Source of the DNA: an uncultured Actinomycetota bacterium
Lineage (GTDB): Bacteria > Actinomycetota > Actinomycetes > JAHEKZ01
Direction of reading: 5' to 3'
DNA: 64,000 nucleotides
Assembly (NCBI GenBank): GCA_963718235.1
Contig: CAVQYR010000001.1
Coordinates: forward strand, 1,440,001 to 1,504,000
Under the pieces are notes generated by a model, which was not told where the DNA came from, did not search any database, and saw only the letters and a list, made by a program, of their open reading frames with translations. Shown piece by piece: positions 10,101 through 21,045 of the stretch. Made by a program: the position numbers and the translations under genes. How positions within the stretch are numbered: position 1 is the stretch's first letter; each line of letters begins with the position of its first letter.

Positions 10101-11072
10101 ATAGGCGATCGCGGTGTCGCTGATCGGTGGTCGGTCGCCGCCGGAGCCACTGCCGACCACGAAGTACTGGTCGTTCGGGGCGATGTCCCCGGCGTAGATG
10201 CGCTGGATGCCGCCGACGATGGCCAGGTTGTCGTCCCAGAGGCGAGTACGCCAGGGGAGGAGCTGCTTGGTCTGGGTGTTGATCAGGCCGATGCCGAGGC
10301 GGTCCTGTCCGGCGATCTTGCGGCCGGTGTGGACGACGAGGAGCTTGCTGTCGTCGTGGGTCAGCTTGAGCTGCTGCACGGTGAGCGCGCCGTCGACGCC
10401 GATACCGCCGGAGATCGAGTTGTCGAAGGAGAGGTCGACCGCCCCAGTGGTGCCGTTGAGGGCGGCTAGGCCCGTGCGCAACTGACCGTTGATCCGGCTG
10501 AACCGGCCGCCGACGTAGACCGTCGAGTTTGTTGCGGCCAGGGCGGTGGCGTAGTTGTTGGTGCTCTGCGTCACGGCGAAGTTCGCAACCGGGGCCCCGG
10601 TCGTGAGATTGAGGCTGGCGACCTTCTGCCGTGCCACTCCGTTGACCGTGCTGAAGGAGCCGGCGACGTACAGCTTGGTGCCGTCGGGTGAGGCCTCGAC
10701 TGCGTTGACGCCGCCGTTGAACGTCGGCCGGAACGTGGTGTCGATCAAGCCGGTGTTGATGTTGTAGGACGCCAGATAGCGCTGGTTGATCGTGGCGGTG
10801 GGGGCGATGGTGTTGGCCAGTGAGGTGAAGGACCCCGCGATGAACACTCGGTTGCCCACGACCTCCATGTCCCAGATCTCACCGTTGCTGATCCGGGGCG
10901 TGTCCTTGCGCGGCACAGACGGCACGAGACCGGTGTGGCCGGGGAGCGCCTGGGCGGCGAGGACGGACGGCCCGACGAGGGCTGCCTGCGCGGGAGCGGC
11001 CACCAGCGGAACACCCATGACCCCGACGGCCACGGTCAGGGCACTGGCCCAGAAACGGTTGCGTACCGACAT
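7116..11072 (-). CDS. Giant secreted protein, paralog 1: signal peptide, beta-propeller-like region, Ig-like repeats, 3 PKD domains; about 5 frameshifts
   Basis: ORF pieces 9651-11072, frame of 9035-10150, 8953-9138, 8543-8992, 7279-8610 and 7116-7526 join collinearly with paralog 2; WNWGDG / [15 protein letters not shown] motifs. Confidence 0.85.
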
Positions 11073-11346
11073 TCGGTGACCCCTCATCTTGGCTCGCGGG
11101 AAGCTCAGAGCCGACCCCCCGGCGCCCACCTACTCAACGGAGAGGCCATCCTCGCAGCCGTTCCGGGCGGCCGCCAAAGAGTTCCGGGAAGTCGCCTCGG
11201 CTGACTACTGAGAGTGATCGAGTGGTCCGTGAGGGTCACCCTTGCTCGGGAACCTTCCTGGTTCGGTCCGTGCGATGGTCCGGCCGCGGCCGGGACTGTC
11301 AGACCCTCGCGAGACGGTCGTGGCGTCGAGATGGGGTGAGCGTCTG

Positions 11347-11796
11347 GTGGAGACGGCAACGTTGCTGAGAGGGCATGTCGAGCGGGTGCTGCAGGAGCAC
11401 TGGCACCAGCACCATCTGGTCGTCGACGGCGACGGCGACTACCCGTTCCGGGCCGGCCAGGCGATGTGCTGGGTCAGCGTGCAGAGCGATCCTGCGGCCG
11501 TGCAGGTCTTCGCCCAGGCCGTACGTGGCGTCAAGCGGTCGGCCAAGCTGCTGGCGGAGGTCAACGAGCTGTCCGGCAGCGCTCGCTGGGTGAAGGTCTT
11601 CTGGCACGACGGCACGGTCTTCGTCAGTCGGATCCTCGACGTCGACGGGGCCGACGCCGGCTCGATCCGCCGCGCCTGCGACACCGTGGCGACGGTCGCC
11701 CAGGACATCGCTCCGATGCTGGCGGCGGTGTTCGGCGGGGAGCCGCCCCTGCCGCCCGAGATCGAGCACGCAGACGGCGAGCGCGAGCTCGGCTGA
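11347..11796 (+). CDS. YbjN/T3SS-chaperone-like (TY-Chap) domain protein
   Basis: VDGDGDYPFRAG..CWV, LLAEVNEL and V.VFW.DG.V pattern; start codon uncertain. Confidence 0.65.
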   Translation: METATLLRGHVERVLQEHWHQHHLVVDGDGDYPFRAGQAMCWVSVQSDPAAVQVFAQAVRGVKRSAKLLAEVNELSGSARWVKVFWHDGTVFVSRILDVDGADAGSIRRACDTVATVAQDIAPMLAAVFGGEPPLPPEIEHADGERELG

Positions 11797-11805
11797 CGAC
11801 CCGGT

Positions 11806-12954
11806 TCACGGGCGCGTCGAGTGGGTACCCTCCGAGGCGGTCACCGCCCACAGTCGCGGTGGGCGATACCCATGCGCAGCTGCGACCGTGCGTACGGCCG
11901 TCGTCACCTCGGCCGACGCCTGCTGATCGGTCAGCACCACCACGCAGCCGCCGAAGCCGGCTCCGGTCAGCCGAGCACCGAGCGCCCCGGCGGAGACTGT
12001 GGCGGCCACCACCCTGTCCAGGGCGGGCGTACTGACCTGGTAGTCGTCGCGCAACGACGCGTGCGATGCCAGCATCACCGGACCGACCTCCCGGATCCTT
12101 CCGGCCCGCAGCAGTGCCACCGTGCGACGCACCCGGTCGTTCTCCGTCACCACGTGGCGCGCCCGGGACTCCAGCAGAGGGTCACCGATCCTCCGGAGGT
12201 CGCCCTCGGCAGCATCCCGCAGGGTCGAGACCCCCAGAAGCCGGGCGGCGTCGTGGCACTCCCGAACCCGCTGTGCGTACCCTTCACCCGTGGTTCGGTG
12301 ACCCTCTCCGGAGTCGACGACCAGGAGCGCGAGTCCCTTGTCCCCGAGAGGCAACGGCACCGGTGTGGTGGCGAGCGAGCGCAGGTCGACGGACAACGCA
12401 TGGCCACGTTTCGCTTCCATGGCGACGAGGTGGTCCATCAGACCGACCGGGGCTCCGACGTACTCGTTCTCGACGCGCCTCGCAGCGAGCGCGACCCGTC
12501 GGCCGTCCCACGTCTGCCCGGCAAGCTCGAGCAGTGCGGCCATGGTCGAGCAGATGAGAGAGGCGGACGACGACAGGCCCGCACCAAGTGGGACGTCACC
12601 GTGCACGAACACCTCTGCTCCGCGCAAGGACACCCCCTCGTCGGCGAGCACCCAGGCGACTCCTTCGACGTAGGCTGCCCACGAAGCTGCGTTGGGGGAG
12701 AGGCTTGACAAAGGAGCCGATCCGGCCTTGGCGCCCTCCTGGCTCGAGGCCACCGCCAGGACGCCGTCGTCGCGGGGTGCCGCGTACGCGGTTGTGCCGA
12801 GCTGGAGGGCCAGGGGGAGCGCGAGGCCCTCGGAGTAGTCGGTGTGGTCCCCGATCAACGTGACCCGGCCCGGCGCCCACCAGGCCACCGTCGGCGGATG
12901 CCCGAAGGTGTCCTCGAAGTGCGTCCGTTCCGGTCGCCGACCGCCCTGACTCAT
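11806..12954 (-). CDS. galK: Galactokinase
   Basis: APGRVTLIGDHTDY, PLGAGLSSSAS, RARHVVTEN and GARLTGAGFGG GHMP-kinase motifs. Confidence 0.95.
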   Translation of the reverse strand: MSQGGRRPERTHFEDTFGHPPTVAWWAPGRVTLIGDHTDYSEGLALPLALQLGTTAYAAPRDDGVLAVASSQEGAKAGSAPLSSLSPNAASWAAYVEGVAWVLADEGVSLRGAEVFVHGDVPLGAGLSSSASLICSTMAALLELAGQTWDGRRVALAARRVENEYVGAPVGLMDHLVAMEAKRGHALSVDLRSLATTPVPLPLGDKGLALLVVDSGEGHRTTGEGYAQRVRECHDAARLLGVSTLRDAAEGDLRRIGDPLLESRARHVVTENDRVRRTVALLRAGRIREVGPVMLASHASLRDDYQVSTPALDRVVAATVSAGALGARLTGAGFGGCVVVLTDQQASAEVTTAVRTVAAAHGYRPPRLWAVTASEGTHSTRP

Positions 12955-13050
12955 GTCTGCAGTGTGCCCGGTCGGGCGTACCCTGGAGCTGAGCCCGAGG
13001 TCCGGACGAGCCCGGCGCCCGCGACTCGTCGATCGCGCGGAGGTGACGCG

Positions 13051-13974
13051 ATGACTCGCGTCGGACGTGCCCTGGTTGTCGCAGTCCTCGCCCTCGCCGT
13101 GGTGGTGCCGCTCGGCGTCGTACCCGCGGGGGCCGCAATGCCGGGCGCGGCCGTGAGAGCGGGCTCTCCGGTGCGGCTGACCCGGCTCGTCGGCGTCCGT
13201 GCGGTGCACCGCGGGGGCGTCGGTGGGGTCGACCGGGTCGTCTTCGAGTTCGACCGGGGGCTGCCGAGACCGACGACGGCGCGTTACGTCAGGGCGCTGA
13301 CCCGTGGGCAGTCCGGGCTTCCGCTGCGGGTGCCCGGTCGCGCTCTCCTGCGAGTCACCATGCGTAACGCTGACGGACACGACAGCCATGGGCCACTCGT
13401 CCCTGGGCGCACTGCTTACGCCCTGCCGAACGTGATGACCGTGGTGTTGTCCGAGGACTTCGAGGGCTTCGTCACCTTCGGGATCGGTCTGGCCGCGCAT
13501 CGACCGTTTGGCCTCACCGTCCGGCGTCACCCGAGCCGGGTCGTCCTGGAGGTCGGTACCCGATTCGCCCGGGTCACGAAGCGGGTGTCCTTCCTCGACC
13601 AGCCGAGCTTCGCCGCAGGGCACCGCCCCTACGTACGGGCCGTTCGGCGTCCGGTACGCGCCAAGAACCCCGCGGTAGGCCTGATGGACCGACTGTTCGC
13701 CGGACCGACGGTGAGTGAGCGTCATGACGGCCTACGCCTCGTGCGGTCGAGCGCCCAAGGGTTCACCCGGCTTCGGGTCGCGCACGGCATCGCGCGGGTC
13801 CAGCTGACCGGTGGGTGCAGCAGCCGAGGATCGACCTTCACCGTTGCCGACGAGATCATTCCCACCCTGCGCAGGCTGAGAACCGTCGACTTCGTCAAGG
13901 TCTACGACCCGGCGGGCCATACGCAGGCGCCGACCGGACGCACGAACTCGATCCCCACCTGCCTTGAGCCCTGA
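13051..13974 (+). CDS. Secreted Arg-rich protein with AMIN-like and GerMN-like domains
   Basis: Signal peptide; DRVVFEF and DFEG.VTFGIGL (AMIN-like); LFAGPT..E...GL and I..TL....TV..V (GerMN-like). Confidence 0.7.
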   Translation: MTRVGRALVVAVLALAVVVPLGVVPAGAAMPGAAVRAGSPVRLTRLVGVRAVHRGGVGGVDRVVFEFDRGLPRPTTARYVRALTRGQSGLPLRVPGRALLRVTMRNADGHDSHGPLVPGRTAYALPNVMTVVLSEDFEGFVTFGIGLAAHRPFGLTVRRHPSRVVLEVGTRFARVTKRVSFLDQPSFAAGHRPYVRAVRRPVRAKNPAVGLMDRLFAGPTVSERHDGLRLVRSSAQGFTRLRVAHGIARVQLTGGCSSRGSTFTVADEIIPTLRRLRTVDFVKVYDPAGHTQAPTGRTNSIPTCLEP

Positions 13975-14250
13975 GCCGCCAAGACCGGCCCTGCCAAACG
14001 CACCGAACCATGGTGGACCGGACGTTCAGCAGGACAGGTCGGCTTGGCTCAGTCGCGGTTGGACGGCGCAGCGAGGCGACCGGTGACCAGGGAGTTCTTG
14101 CCGAAGGGGACGTACAGCGTCTGGATCGAGCTGACGGTCTGCACTGATGCCGGCGGCTGCCGTCGCGGCGTCCGAGGTGAGGGCCGTCGCACCGGTGTCG
14201 ACCTTGGTGCGGGTGACGAACCTACGACCAGGAGTGGGGAGGGGAACCCC

Positions 14251-15519
14251 TTAGGGCGCCTGCCACGCGAAGACGCGCTGGAGGCGGTTGCCGGTGCCCG
14301 ACGCCAGGTTCTGCGCCGTCGATGTGAAGGCCACGGTGTCCGCGTTCCGGTCTACGAACGGCAGCCCGGATCCTGCACCTGCGCCAGCGGGGTATCTTCC
14401 TTGACGGTTTCGAACGATCGCCGTAGCTGAGTCGGTCGCTCGGTCGTACACGTAGACCGTCGTCACTGCCGGTACGCCGTCCACGATGTCCGTGGCCGAG
14501 GAGGAGAACGTCACGAACCGGCCGTTCCCGCTGATCTGTGCGTGGCCACTGTCCCCGTTGGCCATGCCACCTTCGGCAGTGTGGCTCACCAGGTCCGTCG
14601 AGCCGGACTTGGAGTCGTAGACGTAGGCGCCGTACCCGCCGGCATGATTGGCCGCACTGAACGCAATGAATCGGCCGCGGTTGCTCACTGACGGGTCGGA
14701 GAAGGCGTCGGCGTAGAAGTAGGCGGGTGCGGAAGTGGCGATGGTCTGCCTTGACTTGTCTCTCATGTCGATCCGTACCATCCGGAACGGTGTCAACCGC
14801 TCGGTGGGCTGCGTCGCACGGATGAAGACGATGAATCGGCCCGACGCGCTGACCGACGGGATAGCCGCGTTGTTGGGGGCATCAACGGAGCCACCCAGCC
14901 TGCCCTTGACCACACGCTGGGTGGCTCCGGTGCGCCCGTCATAGCGATAGAGCCGCGTCTCGAACGTCGACCCGTCCGACGTCGTCGTACGGGTGTAGAC
15001 CACATAGCGGCCGTTGTCGCTGATTCCCACCGTGAACCAGTCGACTCCCTTGTGGTCGGCGGCTGCGGGTGTGCTGATGATCTTCGTCGTTCCGGTCGTC
15101 TGGTCGAAGAGCCGTAGTGCTGACGGCTTGTCCGGCCGCTCGTAGCTGCCATAGACGACGTACCTACCGTCCCCGCTGATCGCGGCATTGCCCAGCAGGT
15201 AGCCCTGGTCTCCGTGGCTGACCCGGGTGGTCACCTCCGCGGTGAGGTCGCGTAGGTAGACGTAGCGGCCGATGCCGTCGGCTTGGTCTGTAACCACCAG
15301 GTTCGGTTGTTCGCTGGCGAAGGCGACGTAGCGTCCGTCGTCGCTCACTCCCTGGGTGTAGCTGCCGTTGCTGGTGCCGAAAGCCTCAGGTGAGGCAACG
15401 CTCACCAACACGATCGAGTTGTCGACCGCTGCCTGAGCCGATGAGCCCGCCGCCACAATGCCCAGCGTGAGTGAGCCCGCGACGAGACAGCCCAGGGCCG
15501 ATCGCCGCAGCTTCGCCAT
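14251..15519 (-). CDS. Secreted TolB-like/PD40 beta-propeller protein
   Basis: Signal ending SAQA; repeated IS.DGRYV.F / S..GRF motifs (about 7 copies). Confidence 0.85.
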   Translation of the reverse strand: MAKLRRSALGCLVAGSLTLGIVAAGSSAQAAVDNSIVLVSVASPEAFGTSNGSYTQGVSDDGRYVAFASEQPNLVVTDQADGIGRYVYLRDLTAEVTTRVSHGDQGYLLGNAAISGDGRYVVYGSYERPDKPSALRLFDQTTGTTKIISTPAAADHKGVDWFTVGISDNGRYVVYTRTTTSDGSTFETRLYRYDGRTGATQRVVKGRLGGSVDAPNNAAIPSVSASGRFIVFIRATQPTERLTPFRMVRIDMRDKSRQTIATSAPAYFYADAFSDPSVSNRGRFIAFSAANHAGGYGAYVYDSKSGSTDLVSHTAEGGMANGDSGHAQISGNGRFVTFSSSATDIVDGVPAVTTVYVYDRATDSATAIVRNRQGRYPAGAGAGSGLPFVDRNADTVAFTSTAQNLASGTGNRLQRVFAWQAP

Positions 15520-15688
15520 GTCGGTCACACTGCGTTCTGGCGCCTTCGGTGTCAACCGGATCGCCGCAACCGATGCCCCGGGGCACGGCGCCTGCGGCGG
15601 TTACGTGATGCATCACACCGTGAGAGGCTTCGGCCTCTGTTCACCGCTCGGGTATCGGAACACCCTGGAGGTGATGCGGAGGTGGGCT

Positions 15689-16039
15689 ATGAGTGCCCCC
15701 GATCGAAGCCCACGGTCGGCCGGGGTTCGATGGCTACGTCGGGCCTGGATCTGCGTGGCCGTGACCCCGCTGTTCTTCCTCCTCGCCGGCGCCGTGGGTT
15801 TCGGCATGCTCAAAGCAAGCAGCACGCAGCGTGGGTTCACGGACGCCCCGGGTCTGGTCGTCGCGATGACGGTGGTACTCACCACGGTGATCTTCCTGGT
15901 CCCGTGCGCCGGAGCCGTGGTCTACGGCGGCAGGGCTTGCGGAGCTGGAGACAGCCGCGGCCGGCTCCCTGTCGTCATCGGGTGGATGGCCGCAGGCGTC
16001 TACGTGGGTCTCAACGTCCTCGCGTTCCTCATCGAGTAG
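15689..16039 (+). CDS. Small 3-TM membrane protein
   Basis: GGAGG RBS, three hydrophobic segments. Confidence 0.55.
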   Translation: MSAPDRSPRSAGVRWLRRAWICVAVTPLFFLLAGAVGFGMLKASSTQRGFTDAPGLVVAMTVVLTTVIFLVPCAGAVVYGGRACGAGDSRGRLPVVIGWMAAGVYVGLNVLAFLIE

Positions 16040-16084
16040 GGCCAACGACCGCGGTCGACGCCTGGCTCCGTCGCGAGCGAGCGA

Positions 16085-17116
16085 TCAGCGAAGGCGGTTG
16101 ATGAAGACCGGTTTGCGCAGCCAGGAGCGATAGGCGCTGATCTTGTTGCTGGACTCGTCAAGCGGCCAGTAGACGTCGGGTGCGGAGTAGGCCGTCGAGT
16201 TGAAGTACGAGATGGCGGTCACTGTGTTCCGGTGTCGCGAGGCCCAACGCAGCGAGGCATTCAGCCATGAGGCCGCCGACTGGTTCCCGAGGCCGTTCGT
16301 CGCCCCCGTCTCACCGACTCCGATCATCATGCCGGGGTGGCCATGTCGGTTCAGCCAGCGGTCGACCTGGCGGATGCGGCTTCCGAAAGACTCACCTTTC
16401 CAGTTCTGGTAGATGTCGACGGCCAGGAACGATGTGCGTCGAAGGACACTCGGGGGAAGCCACTTGGCGGGGTTCTGGTCATTGAACCGGCTGAACAGCC
16501 ACGAGGCATGGATGGGTGCGAGCGAGACATGCTTGAGCGCGTGTGCCCGCCTCAGCACGTCGTGAAAGCGGTTGAAGCCGCGCGCCCACCAGCTGCCCTG
16601 GGAGTCGGGGGCCTTGTTGGACATCTCGTGGTCGAACGAGAGGAAGATGGGCTGCCCGTCGTGACGCCTCAGGACCTGCGCAAGCTGCCGGATCTGACGG
16701 TCGTAGCCGCCCCGGCCGACGTCGAGCCAACCGGACGGGGCGCCACCCCTGGGGCCTTCGATCGAGATCCAGCTACGGCGGTGCTTGCGGCGGTCCTCCT
16801 GCAGCGCCTTGGCCACGCCACGCCAGTTGCCCCACTGCTTGAACCAACGCTTCAGGCCGACGTTCGTGCCGAGCTGCGACTCCTTCTGCGCACAGAACTC
16901 ACCACAGGACATCCCGAGGTAGATGCGGCCAGGACGATGTCCGGCGAACTTGGGTCGCGCGACCGTGGACGCCTTCGGCTGCGTGGCTGACTGGCGGTCT
17001 TGTGCGAGAGCAGATGACGTCGCCTCGCTGGTGTTCGCGGCGCCAGGCACCGCGAGTGAGAGCACCAAGAGGCTGCTGATGAACATGACGATGAGGGTTC
17101 TTGAGTCGTGCGACAC
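16085..17116 (-). CDS. Secreted GH26-like (clan GH-A TIM barrel) glycoside hydrolase
   Basis: Signal peptide; IFLSFDHEM (acid/base), AVDIY, IGVGETG (nucleophile), ISYFNS. Confidence 0.7.
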   Translation of the reverse strand: MSHDSRTLIVMFISSLLVLSLAVPGAANTSEATSSALAQDRQSATQPKASTVARPKFAGHRPGRIYLGMSCGEFCAQKESQLGTNVGLKRWFKQWGNWRGVAKALQEDRRKHRRSWISIEGPRGGAPSGWLDVGRGGYDRQIRQLAQVLRRHDGQPIFLSFDHEMSNKAPDSQGSWWARGFNRFHDVLRRAHALKHVSLAPIHASWLFSRFNDQNPAKWLPPSVLRRTSFLAVDIYQNWKGESFGSRIRQVDRWLNRHGHPGMMIGVGETGATNGLGNQSAASWLNASLRWASRHRNTVTAISYFNSTAYSAPDVYWPLDESSNKISAYRSWLRKPVFINRLR

Positions 17117-17407
17117 GGGAGTCTCCTGGCCGGTTGCGATCAGTCTGGCTCGGGTAGCGCCCAACGACGCTCAGTTCACACCACCATGCCAAACGCGGAC
17201 GGCCGATCCAAGTCGGTTGGGGAAGACCCCAGGTCAGCGCCGTTTTCGGCGTGTCGCGGAGGCGCTGCGTCGTCATGGGGAGGGCCGAGCCGTTGGTGTT
17301 CGAAGTCCGACCGAGCGGAGTGGGCAGCGAGTGCGCACGAGGACCCGAGTGCCTTGACATACTGACGCGGCACCCCACATCAGTCGTGGGATGAGAGGCG
17401 GTGGGCG

Positions 17408-20400
17408 TTGACCTGCTCGAGCTGCGGGACGAACAACGAGCCCCATCGCAAGTTCTGCCGCGAGTGTGGCGAACGGCTTGTCCAGCGTGTGTGTGGCTTG
17501 CGGTGCCCCCAATGCAGCCGATGACAAGTTCTGCGGCGAGTGCGGCGCGCCGATGTCGGCGGAGTCGTCAGGCCCTGTCGGCGCACCGTCCGAGAACCAG
17601 CAGCGGTCAGAGGGAGGAGCCGAAAGCACCGAACGCCGGCTGGTCTCGGTCTTGTTCGCCGACCTGGTGGGCTCCACCCCGTTCGCCGAGGGGCACGACC
17701 CCGAAGACGTCCGAGCGATGCTCACCGCGTACTTCGAGATCGGCGTCGAAGGCCATAGAACGCCACGGGGGAGTAGTGGAGAAGTTCATCGGTGATGCCG
17801 TGATGGCGCTCTGGGGTGCGCCCACCGCACATGAGGACGACGCAGAGCGAGCCGTGCGGGCCGCGCTGGACATCGTGGACCGAGTCGCCGCCCTGGGCGC
17901 CGAGCTCGGGGTGACGCTGCAGGCGCGGGTGGGCGTGCTCACCGGCGAGGCGGTCGCCACGGTCGGAGCGGTCGGTCAGGGCTTGGTGGCCGGCGACCTG
18001 GTGAACACCGCGGCGCGTCTCCAGGGGGCTGCCGACCCGGCACGGTGCTCGTCGGCGAGAGCACGTGTCGCGCTGCCTCCATGGGGGTGGTCTTCACGCC
18101 CATCGAGCCGCTGATCCTCAAGGGCAAGCAGGACAAGGTGCCAGCCTGGCGTGCGCTGCGGGTGGTGAGCGAGCTGGGTGGCTCGGGGCGAGGGCTTGCG
18201 CCCGAGCCACCGTTCGTCGGCCGCGATGAGGAGTTGCGGCTGACCAAGGAGCTGCTGCACGCGACAGGTCGGGAGGGTCGGCCGCGCCTGCTGACGGTCA
18301 CCGGGGTCGCCGGAGTCGGCAAGTCGAGGCTTCTCTGGGAGCTGCGCAAGTATGTCGACGGTCTTACCGAGGACACGTACTGGCACCAGGGCCGCTGCCC
18401 CGCCTACGGCGAGGGGGTCTCGTTCTGGGCCTTCGCCGAGATGGTGCGGGGCCGGGCCGGCATCGCCGAGACTGACGACGAGGCCACACAACGTTCGGCG
18501 CTGGCGACCTGTCTCACCGATCTGGTCGCCGACGACGACGAGCGTCGTTGGATGGAGCCCCGCCTCGGTCACCTGCTCGGCCTTGATCCAGCGCCGCCGG
18601 GTGGCCGCGAGGAGCTCTTCGGCGCGTGGCGACGCTTCGTCGAGCGAGTGGCCGAACGTGGAACAACGGTCATGGTCTTCGAGGACCTGCACTGGGCCGA
18701 CCCAGGACTGCTCGACTTCGTCGAGTCCTTGCTGGCCTGGTCGCGCCAGTCGCCGGTGCTCGTGGTCTCAGCGGCCCGCCCGGAGCTGAGCGAGCGTCGA
18801 CCGACCTGGGGTGCCACCGCACGGGCATCGTCCGGCCTGCACCTCGACCCCCTTCCCGTCGAAGACATCCGCGCCTTGGTCACCGGCTACGTCGAGGGGC
18901 TGCCCGACGACGCTCTGGAGCGCCTCCTCGAGCGTGCGGAGGGCATCCCCCTCTATGCAGTCGAGACGGTGCGCATGTTGGCCGATCGCGGCTTCCTCGA
19001 GCAGGACGGCCCGATCTACCGAGTAGTGTCCGAGCTCGCCTTCACTCTCGAGGTGCCTGAGACCTTGCACGCCCTCGTGGCGGCGCGGCTTGATGCATTG
19101 CCGGAGGCTGAGCGGAGCCTGGTGCTCGACGCTGCCGTGACCGGTCACAGCTTCACCCTCGGCGCCGTCTGTGCTGTCTCCGGACGTCCGGCTGAAGAGG
19201 TCGAGCCGCATCTGCGCGTGCTCGTCGTCAAGGAGGTCTTCGACCAGGAACAGGACCCGCGGTCGGCGGAACGAGGACAGTTCCACTTCGTCCAGTCGGT
19301 GATCCAGGAGGTCGCCTACTCGACGTTGAGTAAGGCAGCGAGGCGCAGCAAGCATCTGGTGTGCGCTCAGTGGTTCGCGGGTCTGCACGAGGAGGAGATC
19401 GCCGGGCTCGTGGCCGTCCACTACCTCGAGGCGTTCCGCGCCGAGCCCTCCGCGGCAGACGCTGAGGAGGTCGCCGGGCGCGCTCGACACTGGCTGCGGG
19501 TGGCCGCTGAGCGGGCGTTCTCGCTCGGCTCCCCTGAGACGGCCTTCGACTATGCGGTTCTCGGGCTGACCCTTGCGACGACACCGAAGGACCGGGCCGC
19601 CCTCCACGCGACGGCCGCGCGAGGCGCCCGGTACAGCGGTCGGCTCGAGATCGCCTGGGAGCACATCGCCGCTGCCTCCGACGCGTACCGCCTGGTCGAC
19701 GATGCGGACAGCGAAGGTCAGATGCTCTCGGGGGCGACCCCTGGCTTCGAGGGTGCGGCGCGTGCGGACGTCCTGCATCGGCTGGAGGAGGTCGACGGTC
19801 GACTGGACGGGCCCGGCCCGACCAAGGTGCTGGTCTTGGCGGCCCTGTCCAAGGCGGCGTCGATGGACGGTCGCCCCGAGGCGGCACTGCGCTGGTCGGA
19901 GGAGGCGATGGTCCGCGCGCAGTCGATCGACGACGACGAGGCGCTCATCGAAGCCGCCGGCGCTCGGGCCTACGCCCTGTTCAACGCCGACCGGCAGTTC
20001 GAAGCTGCGCTGCTCAGCGAGGGCAGGATGAACCTCGCGCGGCGCAGCGGCAGTGTCCAGGCGTTGCTCGGTGCAGCCATGGAGGGTGGGGTGATGCTGG
20101 CCACGTCGGAACCCCGTCGGGCCCTCGAGGCCTTTAGCGAGGCGGCCGACTGCGCGGCTCGTGCCGGGATCGGACCGGCGCAGAGCATGGCCCTGGCCAA
20201 CGCGGCGGAGGCCGCGATCGACCTGGGCGAGCTGGACACCGCTCAGCGCTGTCTTCGCGAAGCTGGCGAGATCGACGGCGGCGACCGGCTCGACCAGGAC
20301 GGGATCGCCCTGTGCCACGCCCTGCTGGACGCCTACCGCGGCGACGTGGAGACCGTGGACGACGCTCTTGACGAGCTCGAGGCGAGGCGCCGAGGGGCGT

Positions 20401-20885
20401 GGGAAGCGGTGCAGATGACCACCTGGTTCCTGCGCACGCGAAGCGCCGTACGACTGCTGCAGGGCGAGTGGGCTCGCGCGTTGGCAGACGCGACCGAGGC
20501 CATCACCTTGGACCCGTCGGGGGCGAACTCCTCTACCGCGCTGTGGCAGGGAGTCCACGCTGCAAGTCGTCTCCACGATGCCGCAGGGATCACCGGACTG
20601 CTGGACGCCACGTCAGGGCTGCGCGGCGAGTGGGTGGGCCTCGTGCGAGACACTGCACAGGCGGTGCTGCTCAGCCTGGACGGCGACACAGCCTCGGGCG
20701 CCGACGCGATGACCGCCGTGCTCTCGAAGTGGCGCGACCGTGACTTCCCCCTCGACCACGCGTTCGCGACCGCGATCGCGACGCGCGCGCTCTCCGAGGA
20801 CGTCGTCCCACGGGCGGAGGTCGAGGCAGCCCGCACCTACCTGACGGGGATCGAGGCGGACGGCCTGCTCCAGCTGCTCGGTTGA
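17408..20885 (+). CDS. Double zinc ribbon + class III adenylate cyclase + AAA/STAND ATPase + TPR protein; 3 frameshifts
   Basis: CSSCG..N....KFCRECG and CVACG..N....KFCGECG; VLFADLVGST, EKFIGDAVMA, GDLVNTAARLQ; Walker A GVAGVGKS, Walker B VFEDLHWAD; pieces lie in different frames. Confidence 0.85.
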
Positions 20886-21045
20886 CCCCTGCCCCATCGG
20901 GCGCCACGTGTACCGGTGGCGCACAAAGTGAGCTCCATGCGATGGGCTGGCCCGGCAAGGTCACGGCTCGATGGTCCGTCATGGACCGACGGTCAACTGG
21001 CGAGGACCCGCTCGCTTCGGCGAACGGGTCCTCGCCAGTTGAGCC

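Noticed and set aside
11073-11340. c-di-GMP riboswitch or sigma-28 promoter upstream of PKD paralog 1
   Set aside because: No matching motif found in the correct orientation and spacing
14044-14250. Protein-like fragment FLPKGTYSVWIELTVCTDAGGC
   Set aside because: No credible start or RBS and it runs into the convergent gene; at most a remnant
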